This document shows, in pieces, positions 11,848 to 25,444 of a DNA stretch of 64,000 nt. Source of the stretch: Tubulanus polymorphus (lineage: Eukaryota; Animalia; Nemertea); NCBI RefSeq assembly GCF_964204645.1, contig NC_134025.1, positions 18,513,101 to 18,577,100 of the forward strand, in the 5' to 3' direction. The notes beneath the pieces were generated by a model that worked only from the letters and a program-made list of their open reading frames with translations, was not told the DNA's origin and ran no database searches. The stretch's first letter is position 1. Each line of letters opens with the position of its first letter. Made by a program: the position numbers and the translations under genes.

Positions 11848-13586
11848 AACTAGGGGTCCAGGGACACCATGCCCACTTGGAAAGTGGTTCCAAATGCAGG
11901 GATGAGAACGGCGACTTTTTTTTAGAAATTTAAACGACCGAAAATTTTAGAAATTAAATGCGTTTTCCGAGCACTTAGAGTGATCTTGAACCCATGAACG
12001 ACTATTATATTTTGGAAGGTAATGGCTAGTTCCAATGTGGTACATCCTCATTCGATGACATTCAGCATCTCATGCATTACGGGTCGAGCCCTGAATTATT
12101 GCAGCAAAAATGCGCCGATGAATGCTCACTAAAAATCATCACCCAGTAGTGTATAATATCCGAAGACGTTCACCACACACGCACAGTAAGTAGGCCTATA
12201 TACATTACTACTGTTGCCGCACGCGCCTGTCGGCAACCGATCGATAAAATACATACACACTCATCGTGGTACAAATGTAGATACAAAATCACTGTGTTGC
12301 AATGAATATGCATTGATATGCGATACTTTTACGCGACGATAAGTAAAACAGGCACTGAACGCTTTTCCGGTTCACTTGATTACCGATCGTGCTGGACCAA
12401 TTGAGTGAGATCATCACCCCCCCCCCGCCCCCATAATTTTACATCATTTTTGGACTATTTGGAAAATTGATATTTTCCAATACCGAAATCCGCGGTAAAC
12501 CACGGGGAATTCTCATCCCTGCAAATGATCAACAATCTAACAATTTCAATATTCAATGCCCCCTGGTGACCATATACAAAAACCAATGACCTTGAAACTC
12601 AACACAATCATAGAACATGTCAGCAGCTACAACTTTGCAATTGATCATGGTAACAAAATATGCCTAGGTACCAATATAATAAGGAAATACTAAGTTATTC
12701 TACTATTCAACGCCCCCTGGTGACCATATAGAATAACTAATGTCCTTAAAACTTGCAACAATCATAGATGATGTCATGAGCTACAACTTTCCAATTGATT
12801 GTGGTTACAAAATATGCATAGGTACGAATATAATAAAGAAATGCTAAGATATTGTATTATTCAAAGCCCTCTGGTGGCCATATACAAAATTCAATGACCT
12901 TGAAAGTCACCACAATCGTAGAACACGTTATGAGCTACAACTTTCTAATTGATTGTGGTACCAAAATACGCTTAGGTAACAATATAATGTGGAAAAACTT
13001 TTCCCCACTTACAAATGAATACTGATGACACCAAGATGGCCGCCAATCGCGTCATAATTGGCTGATGAAAAATACCTGTCTCAGGTATAAAACATCCCTT
13101 TCCAAAGAATACCCATCACAAATTGCAATGAGAAATGGCAAACCAGTAGGAAGCTACTGGACTCAGAATTCGGGCCAAAATTAACATTTTTGGGCACTAA
13201 AAAGGTCATAGGACGGCCATCTTGAGTCCGATCGACCCAATTTTTGTTATGCTTATGGGCCCTTGGGGGATTCACATATATCCGAAAGATCAAGGTAATT
13301 GATCAAAGCGTCTTCAAAATTTCCCTCAAAAAGTTCAAAAATGTGTAAAAAGTGCTGATTTTGGCGAACAACAATGGCTGCCAGTCGGTCATCTTGATTT
13401 TGACAGGGCCAGTTTTTGGGCTCAACATGTGTCTAGGGTAGATACATGTGTAACCAAAATATCAAGACATTACCTTGAAGCATCTTCAAAACTTCCCAAA
13501 ATAACTGGATTCCGTCTACGGACGGACGACAGACGAAAAGTGAGCCCAAAATAGCCCGCTGGGACTAAAGTCCCAAGTGGGCTAAA
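11848..13586 (-). mobile_element. HINE family A, copy 2 (most complete)
   Basis: AACTAGGGGTCC end, three 154-bp units (12558, 12712, 12866), a GACG microsatellite and the hairpin TAGCCC..TGGGACTAAAGTCCCA..GGGCTA. Inserted in an A-run with no TSD. Confidence 0.88.
11897..12521. mobile_element. hAT-like MITE with 12-bp TIR and 6-bp TSD
   Basis: CAGGGATGAGAA...TTCTCATCCCTG, flanked by CAAATG on both sides. Other family A copies show the empty site. Confidence 0.9.
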
Positions 13587-15809
13587 AACTACAGCAGCGG
13601 CAAATAACCATCGCAATTTTGCAATTTACGACAAACAACGCGTAGATTCAATCACTGTTGTTTAACGCATGGAAAAGATAATAAAAGGTATTTTTTCCTG
13701 GCGCGCATTACAAAGCGAATTTCTGCCGAGTGCGTAAGAGGGTGCTACCGCCTTATGAGTGCGCAGCAGGCGGGTAGGGCGTCCTAAAGTGAAAACTTAT
13801 ATTAGAATATAGCCGAATCGAATTTTATAATGTCAGTCAACTGATTGATGATACAACATGGTTGTTCTAGGCGTACTTAACAATGATATTTTCCTCCAAT
13901 AAACAACTCTGGTAAAATTGAATAAAATGATCTATCATTATTGGTGATATCGTATCATGGTGGTAGCCTACCGTTTACCGTTTGATGATTCGTGTCATCA
14001 TGAAATGGTTTTAACTTTAGTAAAGGCGTTCCTGCACGATCACATACGGGTTTCAGTCACGAGTAGGCTGCCGTTCCACTGCTCTAGAAATATGTATTCT
14101 GACGCTGAGAATTAATCCCAAATAATCCCAAGGATACTGATAGTTGGAATAACAGTGATATCCAAACACTGTGATATTTATAAACCGGAGGTACATAATT
14201 TTATGTTTTTCTATTCAGAAGAGGCTGTTCCCCATTCTTTACTGCCAATGTCAATGCGGACATATCGCTACGCGATTGTTTAACCCGCTCTCATCTACCA
14301 GATAATGAACGAGAAAAATGCAATCGAATCAGAAATCTGGCGACGTGAATGGAGTGACAATTTGAAGTTACTATGAAAATGAGTCGGCGCTATTTTTTCG
14401 TACTACTATTTTTGACGTCAACCAATGTGAAAAATACAAAATAAATTCGAGCCGGCAAGAATTCATTTTCTATTTTTGAGCTCGACCTTTCGACCTTTGA
14501 TCTTAAGAAACATAATTATACACTTACTTACAACCAACAAAACAGTGCAGTCTAAATAAAACATTGTTTTTTTAATCCATTTTACAATGCAGCATCGATT
14601 GAATTAATCAAAGGCTCATTGGTGGTACCATATGCAGAACCCGTAGATGCAGCTTACTCGACACACATCCTTGGGTACAGGCCCTATACACAAGTCACCG
14701 TTGGGTCAGCAGTCAATGTTGATTCTCCATTTTCTCGATGGGAAGTATTGTTAATTTGTTGAGTGATGATAGTAATGAATAGACCTACCAGGTACCGGTA
14801 ATGAAAACATGCGGCCGGTGCCTTGTCCAACAAGGGTTATTCTGAGGGAAAACCTAGTTACTATTTGTGTAGTGAAAATGACGCAATTCTGTGTTTATGG
14901 TAAATTGCACTAAATGACACAACGACTTCCGTGCACTATTTGTTGACAGTAACCTTTAATAAACTTCCTACGGATACAATTCATATAATTCCACCCTATT
15001 TACACTAAACAACGAGCGCTGATTAAACATGGCGCCGTCATTCAATACACTATTCATAATGTATCTCTACATACTTTATCAAAATCACACTTGAATTACA
15101 CAAGTGTTGACTTGTGAGACATGATCGAAATCTAGCAATTTGATTAGGGAAATATCAGCACCATATACAGTTCATAAAAGTTTATAAACCACATCCAACT
15201 GTCAAATCATTTAAGTGCTTTGCCCTCAAATTCACGTTGACACGACAAAAATGAAGACATCCACTCACTACCATCTCATATCTTTCATTTTCATGAGTAC
15301 GTCATGAAGGTAAAGAACTGTCTTTATACTCCCACATCAAGTTTCATGGACATCCATATCAGATGTTGCAGGCTGTATCGTCCTAACAAGAAATTCAGGA
15401 TCGCCACCCTGGTGGCCATATTTGATGGCTCATGATTTCCATTTTCAATAGGGGCCAACAGCTTTCCAGCTCCAATTCTCACACCATGTTTGATGATACC
15501 TTGTTTCCCATTTCCGACCGGAAAATTTAAGGCTTAGAGACCCGTCAAAGTAAAAAACGGTCGACTGGGTGGCTGAAAATTAGTTTTTGGATTACAAGAA
15601 ATGAAATAAAGCTGGGGCGGATGTCAGAATGCCTTCTTGTCATTCTTTGTTTTCACTTTATTGGGGATCAAACTTACCAGGGTCACAAGTTTGGTAAGTA
15701 AGTTGAAATGTTATTTCGAGGGTTATCTCAAGGTCTATCACTCACTTTTAAAACATGTACATAGAAATTTTGACAAATAACATAAGCTTCAAAATACAGT
15801 TTTGCTTAC

Positions 15810-16065
15810 CTGGTCTCCATGAATTTTGTTGAAATCTTCGTTCTACATTACATCGTTTGAAAGAAGTACTCGCATTTAAGTTTCTACATCTGCCAGCAAC
15901 TAAGGGTTTTGTTGACATCTTCAATGGTTTATCTTTATGTTGCGCTACTTCATTATTAGATTTATAAGAGTTACTCGAACTTGAATTCAATAGCGGAACT
16001 GACAAGTAAGGTACTTCAGTTGAAATCCTACTAGACATATTAGACATTCCACTACCTAGAATCAT
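15810..16065 (-). pseudogene. Diverged member (D) of the repeated exon family
   Basis: Ends ERRFQQNSWRP with CAG/GTAAGC in phase 1, resembling E.RFQQDTRRT/GTAAAC of exons A-C. Ser-rich. An upstream in-frame stop is present. Confidence 0.45.
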
Positions 16066-16523
16066 ATTTCAAGAGGCACAATTTACATTCCTAACCTTTA
16101 AACCCTCTCCATCCATTCAACAGACTTCTTTTAACATTTGCATTTTATATTTCTATTAAGTTTTAAGCGAATCTGTTTGACATGATTATCCAAAGACAGA
16201 TTTTCGTCCACGTTACAACAAATACAATATTTGGCTATTCTAATGGTATCAGATTCAATCATATAGTATAATATTTTATCATGAATCACTTCTTTATCAT
16301 GCCTACATATGGAACTATTTCCGCCTTATCACTGATGCGCTCTGCTGCCATGATTTGCTTATTCAACGATAGAAACTTTCCCACAGTTTGACTTTTGACA
16401 TTTTCTAATAGTACGATAACCACACTCAAACGTGGTGAACGGATAATAAGACAAAAACCCAGTATGTACAAAGTAAATGAATTTAAAAATGAGAATTTAT
16501 TCATTCAATCTAAAATATAAAAT

Positions 16524-16565
16524 ACACGATGTTTCGATCTCACCCTAGAGATCATCGTCAGGTGT
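16524..16565 (-). ncRNA. Minimal type I hammerhead ribozyme motif in the Penelope pLTR
   Basis: ACAC-CTGACGA-T-GATCTC-tagggt-GAGATC-GAAAC-ATC-GTGT: core boxes, stem II and stem I (ACAC/GTGT). Confidence 0.75.
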
Positions 16566-17840
16566 GAGAAATAGACTAAAAACAATTAGGGCAGACTCAA
16601 CCATATGGCGTTTAGTGTGATTGGTGGAAGTATAAATAATTTCGGCTTTATCAAAATTCAAGCGATGACCAGTGTTCTGCAGATTGCTTTTGGAACTTAT
16701 CGACTTCATTATCTCCCAGTATCCATCTTTGAAATTCACTTTTGAATGGGAACAAAATGACCAAATTCTGTTGTTAGATGTTCTAATTCATAATAAATAT
16801 TCTCATTTGATTTCTCAGTCTACCGTAAATCTACCAACGCTGAGGCATATCTTCACTTCTTTTTGTTTACTGCTAAATCAATCAAAATTGGACTCGCTCA
16901 AGGCCTCTTTCTCCATGCACTTCGGATCTGCGATGAAACCGTCCTTTCCGCTGATTTTGACCACACATAGAACTTTCTTAAAATATTGGCTTACCCCGAT
17001 CACATAATGAAAATCGCTATTTCTAGGGCTAAACGAACTTTCTTTAATTCTAAACCTCCAGAAAATAAAACAAGGAAAAAATTCTAAAAATGGGCTTGCT
17101 GACATGGTTGTACTGAAAGCTGGCTGGTTGGTTTTGTATTTCTGTAGTAGAATTAATCGAACTTTGAACTGATGACTCTTTAAAGAGCTAAGAGATCGAT
17201 GTTGTCTTACATCGTTACATAAAATGTTACACACGGGGACTGGGAATCGGAATGGTTTTATTGTAGACGTGGACCAAGTGGAAGAGAAGCGAACACGAAA
17301 ATAGATAGAAACCACGATTTTTCTTTTTAAAATAATAAAGACATTAAGCTAGAATAAGTTGCATTTCCTTTAAATGACAATCCACTACGATCATCCGATA
17401 AAGTTTATTGCCACCATAGACTACTGCCCACTGGCTCTTTGGAGACAGGGACCTTCAACCATTTCGGTTGTGACAAAACTTACTTCGGATTTAAAAACTT
17501 GAATTTTGGAGAACAAAAAGTAGATAATAAATCAAAAAACAAGCCAGAGGCGTTGCCCATCACGTTTGGAACACTGGTCATTGCTTTAATTTTGATAAAG
17601 CCAAAACTATTCATACTTCCAGCAATATAGTTGCTAAACGCAACATAGTTGAGTCTGCCCTAATAACTTGTCAATCAGATGTTTAGTACCAATTTAAATA
17701 ATGGCTTTTCTCTGCACAATTCCTTTCTTTCTAAGTATATTACTTCATGCCTTGCCAAACACTAATTACTTACATTGCTCAATGATTTACTCAATTAACC
17801 TGTTCTCTGTATATATACCCTCGATCTTAGTCTATTTCTC

Positions 17841-17881
17841 ACACGTGATGATGATCTCTAGGGTGAGATCGAAATGCGTGT
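17841..17881 (+). ncRNA. Degenerate second hammerhead motif
   Basis: ACAC-GTGATGA-T-GATCTC..GAGATC-GAAAT-GC-GTGT, with the core C mutated. Confidence 0.6.
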
Positions 17882-18352
17882 ATTTTATATTTTAAATTGT
17901 TTGAATAAATAAATTCTCATTTTTAAATTCTTTTAATTTGTACATAGTGGGTTTTTATCTTATTCTATAACAATTTTAGGAAATATTCTTAAAAGCGAAA
18001 TTTCATAATGCGTTGATAAGATTAAAGTTTTTATTCCTTTGTCAAATCTTCATCTGAACTCCCAACAAGTTATGAGAGGTGACAGGAAATGATGTCATCG
18101 ACTCACTACAATCTTATAAGCTTCATGACTACATGATACCAGAGAAATAAGATAGCGGATATCAAAATTTCTTTTGGTGGAACGATTTAACAATGGAAAC
18201 AAGCAAAAATCTATTTTTCAACCAGATATGTCAGATTAATTTCTTATATCGAGGTAACAAGTATAAATTACCATTTTTAGAGGAGAGACCCTATTATTCA
18301 TTGTAAATATAAATTAGTCAAAGAAAAATTTAAAGATTGTAAGTCTGTTTAC

Positions 18353-18705
18353 CTGTTCTCCTTGTATCTTGTTGAAACTTCTTGATTTTATCAGTACTCT
18401 CTCTAGTAGAAGCAAAATCTAAGGCAGAGGACTTTGTAAGGCTGTAATCTGATTTTCTACAGGGTAATACTGCAACACTAGTTTTCACTGAAGAGCTGGA
18501 TGATACATCTTCGTCATTCAGAGCCTTTCTATTACAGCTATTGGAATTTGAATCCAATATCAGGCTTGATTGGAGCGATTTAGGCCCTAATCCCAATAGT
18601 GTAGGTAATACTGTAAGTGATATTAAATAGATCATTACAATTGCTTTTTCAAAATTGGATGAAGTAGCATACTGCCATATTCTAGATAAAAAATACCAAC
18701 ATTCC
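18353..18705 (-). CDS. Repeated exon A: signal-peptide-like, Ser-rich N-terminal exon of an unknown secreted or membrane protein
   Basis: Acceptor TTCACAG/, open frame and phase-1 donor CAG/GTAAAC. The start ATG of copies B and C is ATA here. Confidence 0.6.
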
Positions 18706-19130
18706 CTGTGAATCAAGAATTGTAATAATGGCAAGAATTGTAATAATAGCAAGTAAAAAAGAAAAAAAATAAGGTAACAAAAATAACTATAAGGTAAAAT
18801 ACCCTCTCAATAGAATATCACGTAAAATCTTTTTTGACCTTGAGACCTTGTTCAGGAAATCATAAGTGAACAAATGAACACGAGCCTTCCAGGCAGGCTA
18901 AGTTTCTCTTATCTTCCTAAATCCCTTATAATTTCGAGTGACTATCCAGACACATTCATTTGGGAACACCAAGGAAAAAAGATAGCGGATCTCACGATTT
19001 CTTTTGGTCGATTAAAGGAAACAAGGAAAATTTTCAACCAGAATGATATATCGGATAAATTTCTTATATCAAGGTAACAAGTTTATATTACGATTTCACA
19101 GGTGAGACCCTATTATCAATTCTAAATATT

Positions 19131-19170
19131 AAATATAGCTGCAAAGCAGTGATAATGGGTTTTCTGACTA
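19131..19170 (-). mobile_element. 3' terminus of HINE family C
   Basis: AAATATAGCTGCAAAGCAGTGATAATGGGTTTTCTG is the reverse complement of the ends at 45890-45923 and 48885-48921. Confidence 0.7.
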
Positions 19171-22100
19171 GTAGTCAGTAACCTGTCTGTGGTTTAGTTT
19201 CACGATTGGATATTTTCACAAACCATAGTCAGGAATAGGAAGGTCGTTTCTGTATGCAATCTTCGTGAGTCAATTTGACATATTTAGTCATTTGCCTGGC
19301 ATTTTCTGGTCTTTTGAGATATACGTCCGACTTATATTTTAATAAATGCACAACAGCTTCGTTGTTTGTTTGATACCTATAACACCTCAGCCGATGATAT
19401 TAATCCATGTGCTAATCGCTCGCTAAGTGGGTCGTCATTAGTTCATAGACGAGTTCGTCGTTGACGTCATACGAAAATAATAACGTACCCACGTGCGTGT
19501 GTGATGCGGGTAACAAATTGAAACACAAAGACTTTATTTAATCAATTCTGTGCGCAGAAATGCATAATTATAAAAAAATTGCTGCAATCTTTTTTTCCGT
19601 AATCACCATTTGATGATTCTTTGTTCAACATTATCAAAAAAGGATTATCCACTAGTATGTAAATATACAAAATGAATTATTTACTTAGAAGTAATGTTTA
19701 TTTACTTGCTAAACTGAAAATGATAAAATCAAATAATGTACAGTGTTCACCAGGTCACAAGAAAATTCTACTGAATTAGAATTGTATGTTTTGCCAACCA
19801 TGGAACCATTAAAAAAACATTTACAGGGATGATAACGGGCATGCTTACCAAGGTCGGAAGTGTATTGTGTAAATGTATTGTGTAACTCTAGATAGTGCTG
19901 CTGCCTAATGTGGGATGAGAATAAAGGATGGTGATGGTTGATTCATGAACTAGTATTGTTGGTGTTAAGTTTTTGGTTAAATGCGTCGATTAGGACATCA
20001 CAGAAGCTAGGTGTTTATTTTGTGCCAAAGGCATGAAATTGCAAGTGCCGCAGGCATGAAGCCCCTCTTGGGGTCTGGGTGCCCTTCCCAGAAAAAACAC
20101 CAGACGCCAGGAGACGAGAAATGGCCACCAAAACAGCTTTACACCGGCTTCATTTACCCCATGAATGAGTGTTAATTCGTTTTTTGTAAGCACAAATTTG
20201 ATTGGCGTAAACGGTCCGGAAAGATATTTGATATTCAATGTGGATATAAATAGAAGACGGTTTGTTCATGGATTTCCAGGAATAGTGACTGACTACACAC
20301 ATTATACGCATTAGAAAAAAAACATAACTGGTGAATAAACCACCGCCCATGCTGTTCCTACACAATACAAGAGCCCCAAGGGGTACTATGGCCAGCCTTT
20401 CAGCTTTTCAAAAATGGCAAATGATGATGCATTCTGTGGGTTAAATTTGTCAAAATACACTCCCAGCTCAGAGTCAATACCTAATAATTTACACAACACA
20501 ACCGTAGAATACAAAAGTAGCACAGACAGCGACTGGAGCTGGCAGGAACAAATACCTCAGATAAATCGTTTCCCTTGGTCTTATTGATTCTGATGCGGAA
20601 TAGAATTCAATTTTCTGAAAGTTGCTCAATAAAACAACATTGAATTGGATTTGATATTTTTTTGCTCAGCGTAATTAGTTTATGGAAGATACGAATATCG
20701 AAGTGCAATTCGTTCGATCAGGGACATAATTTTTACTATTTGTAAACTACAAATAAAACTGAGTACTGCAGTTTGCGGAACTTAAGTATTAATTTTTCTT
20801 TGCGAGAAGAATATATAATTTATACCGAACGGCGCATTGATTTTGAATTGTTCACATTCGAGAATCGAAAGTATTTAAACGGATTGATTTACCAGAATTG
20901 GATTTAAGTTACTTTTATTTTGGCGACGTATGTGGATTGGTGAGCGGTGTGGTTTGGTTTACTTCTTGTGTATTGGCTGTTGAGAATGATTTGGTCACTT
21001 TGCAATCGTGATGCAGATGGAAAATTCGGTGAATTCATGTGTTAAGTGAAAAAGCAAACTGACTGACATTATCGAATTTGGATGAAGTGGCTGTAAAGAA
21101 ACTATTAAATTAACATTAATTGGACATTAAGTTATCGTTGATTGGTGTAAATTCGGAACGGACAACCAACAAACAGGTCGTATGATAAAATCTTAGTATT
21201 AAAATACATATTAGTAATACGTCAGTGAGCTCACTTAATTGAATTTAGGCAATATTTGTGGTCTGATTAATATTAATTATATTATCTTGTAACTGTTTAT
21301 TCATTTTATAGAAAAATATATAATTGTACTATATTCATATTTGAATGGTTCTGCGTTTAGTCAAGTTCAGTCCTGGTATTTCTCTCTGACATTTGTTCCC
21401 AAACTCACCGTGGCGATTTTGGATTTCTTGTAATTCTGTGTAGCAAGTGGGTATTTTACACTAATGTCGACCCGTTAAGTGAGAGTAAGTTTCCGTCGAT
21501 TCAATGGCGGCCATTTTGAAAACTTGTGGAAAGTGTTTGCACCTGTGGACTGAGGACAGGACAACAACCCAAACTAACAAAACGAAACGACGAATTTGAA
21601 AAATTTAAGAAATCAACACTTCTTCACATTTTCTTCAACTAGAATTTATCATTTCATTTTTAATTATAGAAAACACGAAGATTTTATATATATGTTGGAA
21701 AAGCATCAAAAAATAGAAATTGTCGTTTTGTTTTTTAAGTTTTATATAAATCCTTGTAGGTCACCTTGTCTACTATGCCACATGTATGCAATACAGAGAA
21801 ATCGCGGCCAACAGCTGAATTTGAGAAATTACCTAATTTCTCAAAAAAAGTTGATTAATCGCTCAAAACATACATAAAATTGGATTATTTCGAAAGGTAC
21901 CTTTGTTAGTTTCAGCCATTGATTGTGGACTGAAGTCAATAGAAAGTATATTTTTGAAGTGTCACTTTTTTCAACCTTGTTTTGGCCCTTGTCATCCTAA
22001 ACCTTGTACATGCCCATCCGATTATAAAAAGCTTACCACCAATGATTAAGTAACTAACTATCTGACTAGTTGGTTGAAATGATGTACTTAGATTTTGTCG

Positions 22101-22380
22101 AAATGAATCTCAAATCAGCAAATATTATAAAGGGTTATCTTATAGGAATTAATAAATACATCTAGGAACCAGTAACACTAATACCAGATTTAGAGATCAA
22201 TCTTCATGAAATACGAAGTACTCTGTGTACCAAGTTAAGTCAAAATAAGATAATGAGGATGTATTTATTTACAGATATGAGCTACAATTTTGCAATTGTC
22301 GGATTGATTGGTGGTAACAATTGATCAAAGTGTCTTCAACATTTCCCATTCAAAACCTCTGCAAGTGCTGATCTGCTGAA

Positions 22381-22950
22381 CTAGACACAAGTTGGCCATC
22401 TTGTTTTCCGATCTGGATGAAGACAAGGTTGAGGGTACAAACATACATAACTATAAGACCATACATAAAAGCATATAAAAAACTTCCTTTGAACAAAAAT
22501 TTTATTTGATTTAAAATAGTGGCCATAGAACAGATTAATAGGATTGTCAAACATGTTCAATAAATATGTCCAATCATTATCCGACAGTTGATGAACAGGC
22601 TCTATCGAGATATATTTGCAATCATATCCATGGAATGACTTAAAACACTTTATGCAACAAAGTTGAATAAAGATATGGTCCATAGAATGGCAGTGTGGTT
22701 TTTTTGTTATGACTGGAACCGAATCTGTCCGCAGGATGACTGGCACATGCCGAGTGTTGAGGGGTATGACTAAGTCGTTTCTGTCAAGCGACTGAGTAAC
22801 GATGCAAACATGGCCGAATCCGAGGGCCTGCTGACCGCTTATCTTCTGTACGCATCATATGCCAAGGTTGATTTATGCAGATGATTTATAGCCTTCTCTG
22901 ATCCGATGTTGCATATTTCAAAGTTTTTCAAACTATTTACGTTCAAATCC
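22381..22950 (-). pseudogene. Possible decayed Cys-rich coding segment
   Basis: Fragments GMCQSSCGQ and PHCHSMD..LCCIKC..DCK in different frames. Family not recognised. Confidence 0.2.
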
Positions 22951-23374
22951 ATCAAACCAATTTACACATATTTTCTATCATGGATAGCTCCTACATATTT
23001 GAATCAGTATGAGAATTTTGATTTACATTAAATAAACCTACTTGTAAATTTTGTCAGTTTAGAAAACACTCTTTCACTATGAATCTGAAATATAAAAATG
23101 CAGTGCTTAAGAAATGAGATTCTTTATTCTTATTCTAGGTAATAACTGAACACGGGAATCATGCCACGGATTATCACGTGATCAAGCCAATATATTGCAA
23201 ATTTTACTCATTGTGATAACGACCCATCTCTGCTCCTGAATTCATGCACCTCAGAAAGAATTTACAAACTGTCCACAGTTATGGGAGTATATAATAGCCC
23301 CTATATCTATCTCGCGCATTTTGGCCAAAGAGAATCTATTTTCAAGTTATTTTTTCGGTTTTGCAAGATCCGAT

Positions 23375-23455
23375 GCATCCTTCAGAAGGGATTCGAACCT
23401 GATGGCATCGACTCAGCCACGACACGAAAACCTGCTACACTAGACCGAATCAGAT
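23375..23455 (-). mobile_element. tRNA-SINE-like head; inverted relative at 24655-24732
   Basis: B box GGTTCGAATCC, with CGATGCCATCA..TTC.AATCCC..GGATG.ATC shared between the copies. Confidence 0.45.
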
Positions 23456-25444
23456 TGCCCGTTGTATAATCGCTGAGGCAAATTTCATGGAAGAACTATG
23501 GAACAAGAAAATTAATTTTAGATTATTTGTGAAAAAAATCTAGAATTTTTAGGATAAGCTAATGTGGGATTGCAAATTTGAAATCGAAGCTTTAAGAAAA
23601 TTGGGGAATTATGAGATTTGGCGATTTGGGTAGGTGATACAGGTCTTCAACTGTAAATAGTCATGGTTTAATTTTTTATCGAAAATTGATAACTTGCGAC
23701 CGACTTCATTCACTTTTGCCTCTAAGCTGGACTGCAACTTTATTGCCTCCATGGTTGAGGAAAGAGTGAGTCTGGGTTGAAGTAGCCATTGTCATTTGAA
23801 ATAACTTGTTTTATGTTATTCTGGATGAATTATGCATGTGTTTTGTAAGTTGTATTTTCTTATTTCAAAATTTTGTAACTTGTGTTGTGTATATTGTACT
23901 TACTTATTTTAAAATTTGTAACTTTATTGAATTTGGGAATCTTGTTTAACATGAGAATCAATAAGAATTGAATTGAATTGTCACCTGATACACATGCCCT
24001 AAGAGGACGCGGAGCCGTATATGACAGCTATGCTATCATAGATTGCTAATCGGGATCGTTCTCATGAAAGCTGCATACCCCTAATATCGAACATATTTTC
24101 TAAAACATTTGAATATTGAACTTATATGTTTACACATTTTTATATTGACCGTACGTAGTGCCAGCTCTACACAGCAGTACATTCCAGCTCTACACAGATC
24201 GTAGAAAGCTTTGTCATTCCACCAGCATCCCCATGTCAGGGTCTTACTTTTATATCAGACCTCCGCATCGTGTATACATCCACCATTTTGACTGAATAAT
24301 CCGATTTACTTATCATTTCTATTTATGCCTGCCGCTTCTGATATAATGATACATCCATTACAATTAAAATACGTCTTCACTACTTCGACGTTCAAATAAG
24401 GCTCATTTTATAATCACAGGAAGACATTCTACATCTTTGTCACTAACATTATGCCAAATAGCTCGTATTTGTACACAAAGACCTGTGACGTTTTGCACAT
24501 CGATTTACTGTTGTGATTTGTAAAATGACACTGAATGATTAACATTGTTTAGGTTTCATAATGGTAACGTTTTATAAGGCGTCAAAAAACCTGGGCTGAA
24601 ATTAAAATGGGATTTCTGATTGGCTAATAATGACATCTTCTAAGCTGCGCACTTGGTCTTGTGTGGCAGGGTTTCGTAATGTGGCAGTCTCGATGCCATC
24701 AAATTCAAATCCCTGCCAGGGAGGATGGATCCGACGAGACAAAAAAACAAAATCAATAGGCCTTTATTCGGGGCACGACCTACTAGAGGTAAATGTGGTA
24801 GTAGGCTTTGCTAATACAAATGCTTTTTAACGGTCCGAAAGGGCACCAACACACAAAATCTTGTTTAAAAACCGGAAATTGAAAGAAATTGAGTTGTATT
24901 TTTACATTTATTTTGGTAGACATGCAGCACCCAAATACATCAATATGGTTGGAAGATTAACTCAATACCTACATTAATGATGCTGACCTGTCAACCAAAT
25001 GAAATGTGTTTGAAATCCAAATGGTGATAATTCCTGTCTTTCCAACAACGTTGCGTGGTTTAATTCAAATGACGTACCTGGATTGGCAATCCAGATCAGT
25101 TACGTTATTTCATTTTCATGTCCATTAGAGTTTGCAGGATCAAATGGATGACCACTCCATTCTTGTCAGTATCGACAATTTCTTTGCTACATTCAAATAA
25201 TTCTAATCATTGTTTTCAGATTGCTATCAATTAACATTGTTCAATGCGTTTAGGAGTTGATTTCACTTTCCCTGATTGGTTATTCTCAGAGCAATCCTCT
25301 TTTTGACTGAAGACGCAGAAACCACCTTCAAAGTTGTCAGATAAAATGATAAATTTAGGGATTAGAAATTAATGAATGGCCAATCCTTTATCTAGTTCAG
25401 TCTCCGTATTTTCGTCGCTAGATTAATTTGACAAATACATTTCA

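Larger units (their letters stand above)
11115..14426 (-). mobile_element. HINE-like family B, copy 1 (host of nested insertions)
   Basis: AACAAGAGGCCCATGGGCC hairpin end. Colinear with 52692-54346 once 11848-13586 is removed. Confidence 0.75.
16447..17962 (+). mobile_element. Penelope-like retroelement, 5' truncated, with an inverted 3' duplication
   Basis: RT thumb YPSLKFTFEWE..LLDV..VYRKST..YLHF, and GIY-YIG end HVWNTGH.FNFD..KR.IVESALI at about 17560-17665. An inverted copy of the endonuclease end and pLTR lies at 16447-16680. Confidence 0.88.

Noticed and set aside
25077-25400. Possible further member of the exon array (ends CCAG/GTACGT)
   Set aside because: Multiple stops and no clear similarity to exons A-D.
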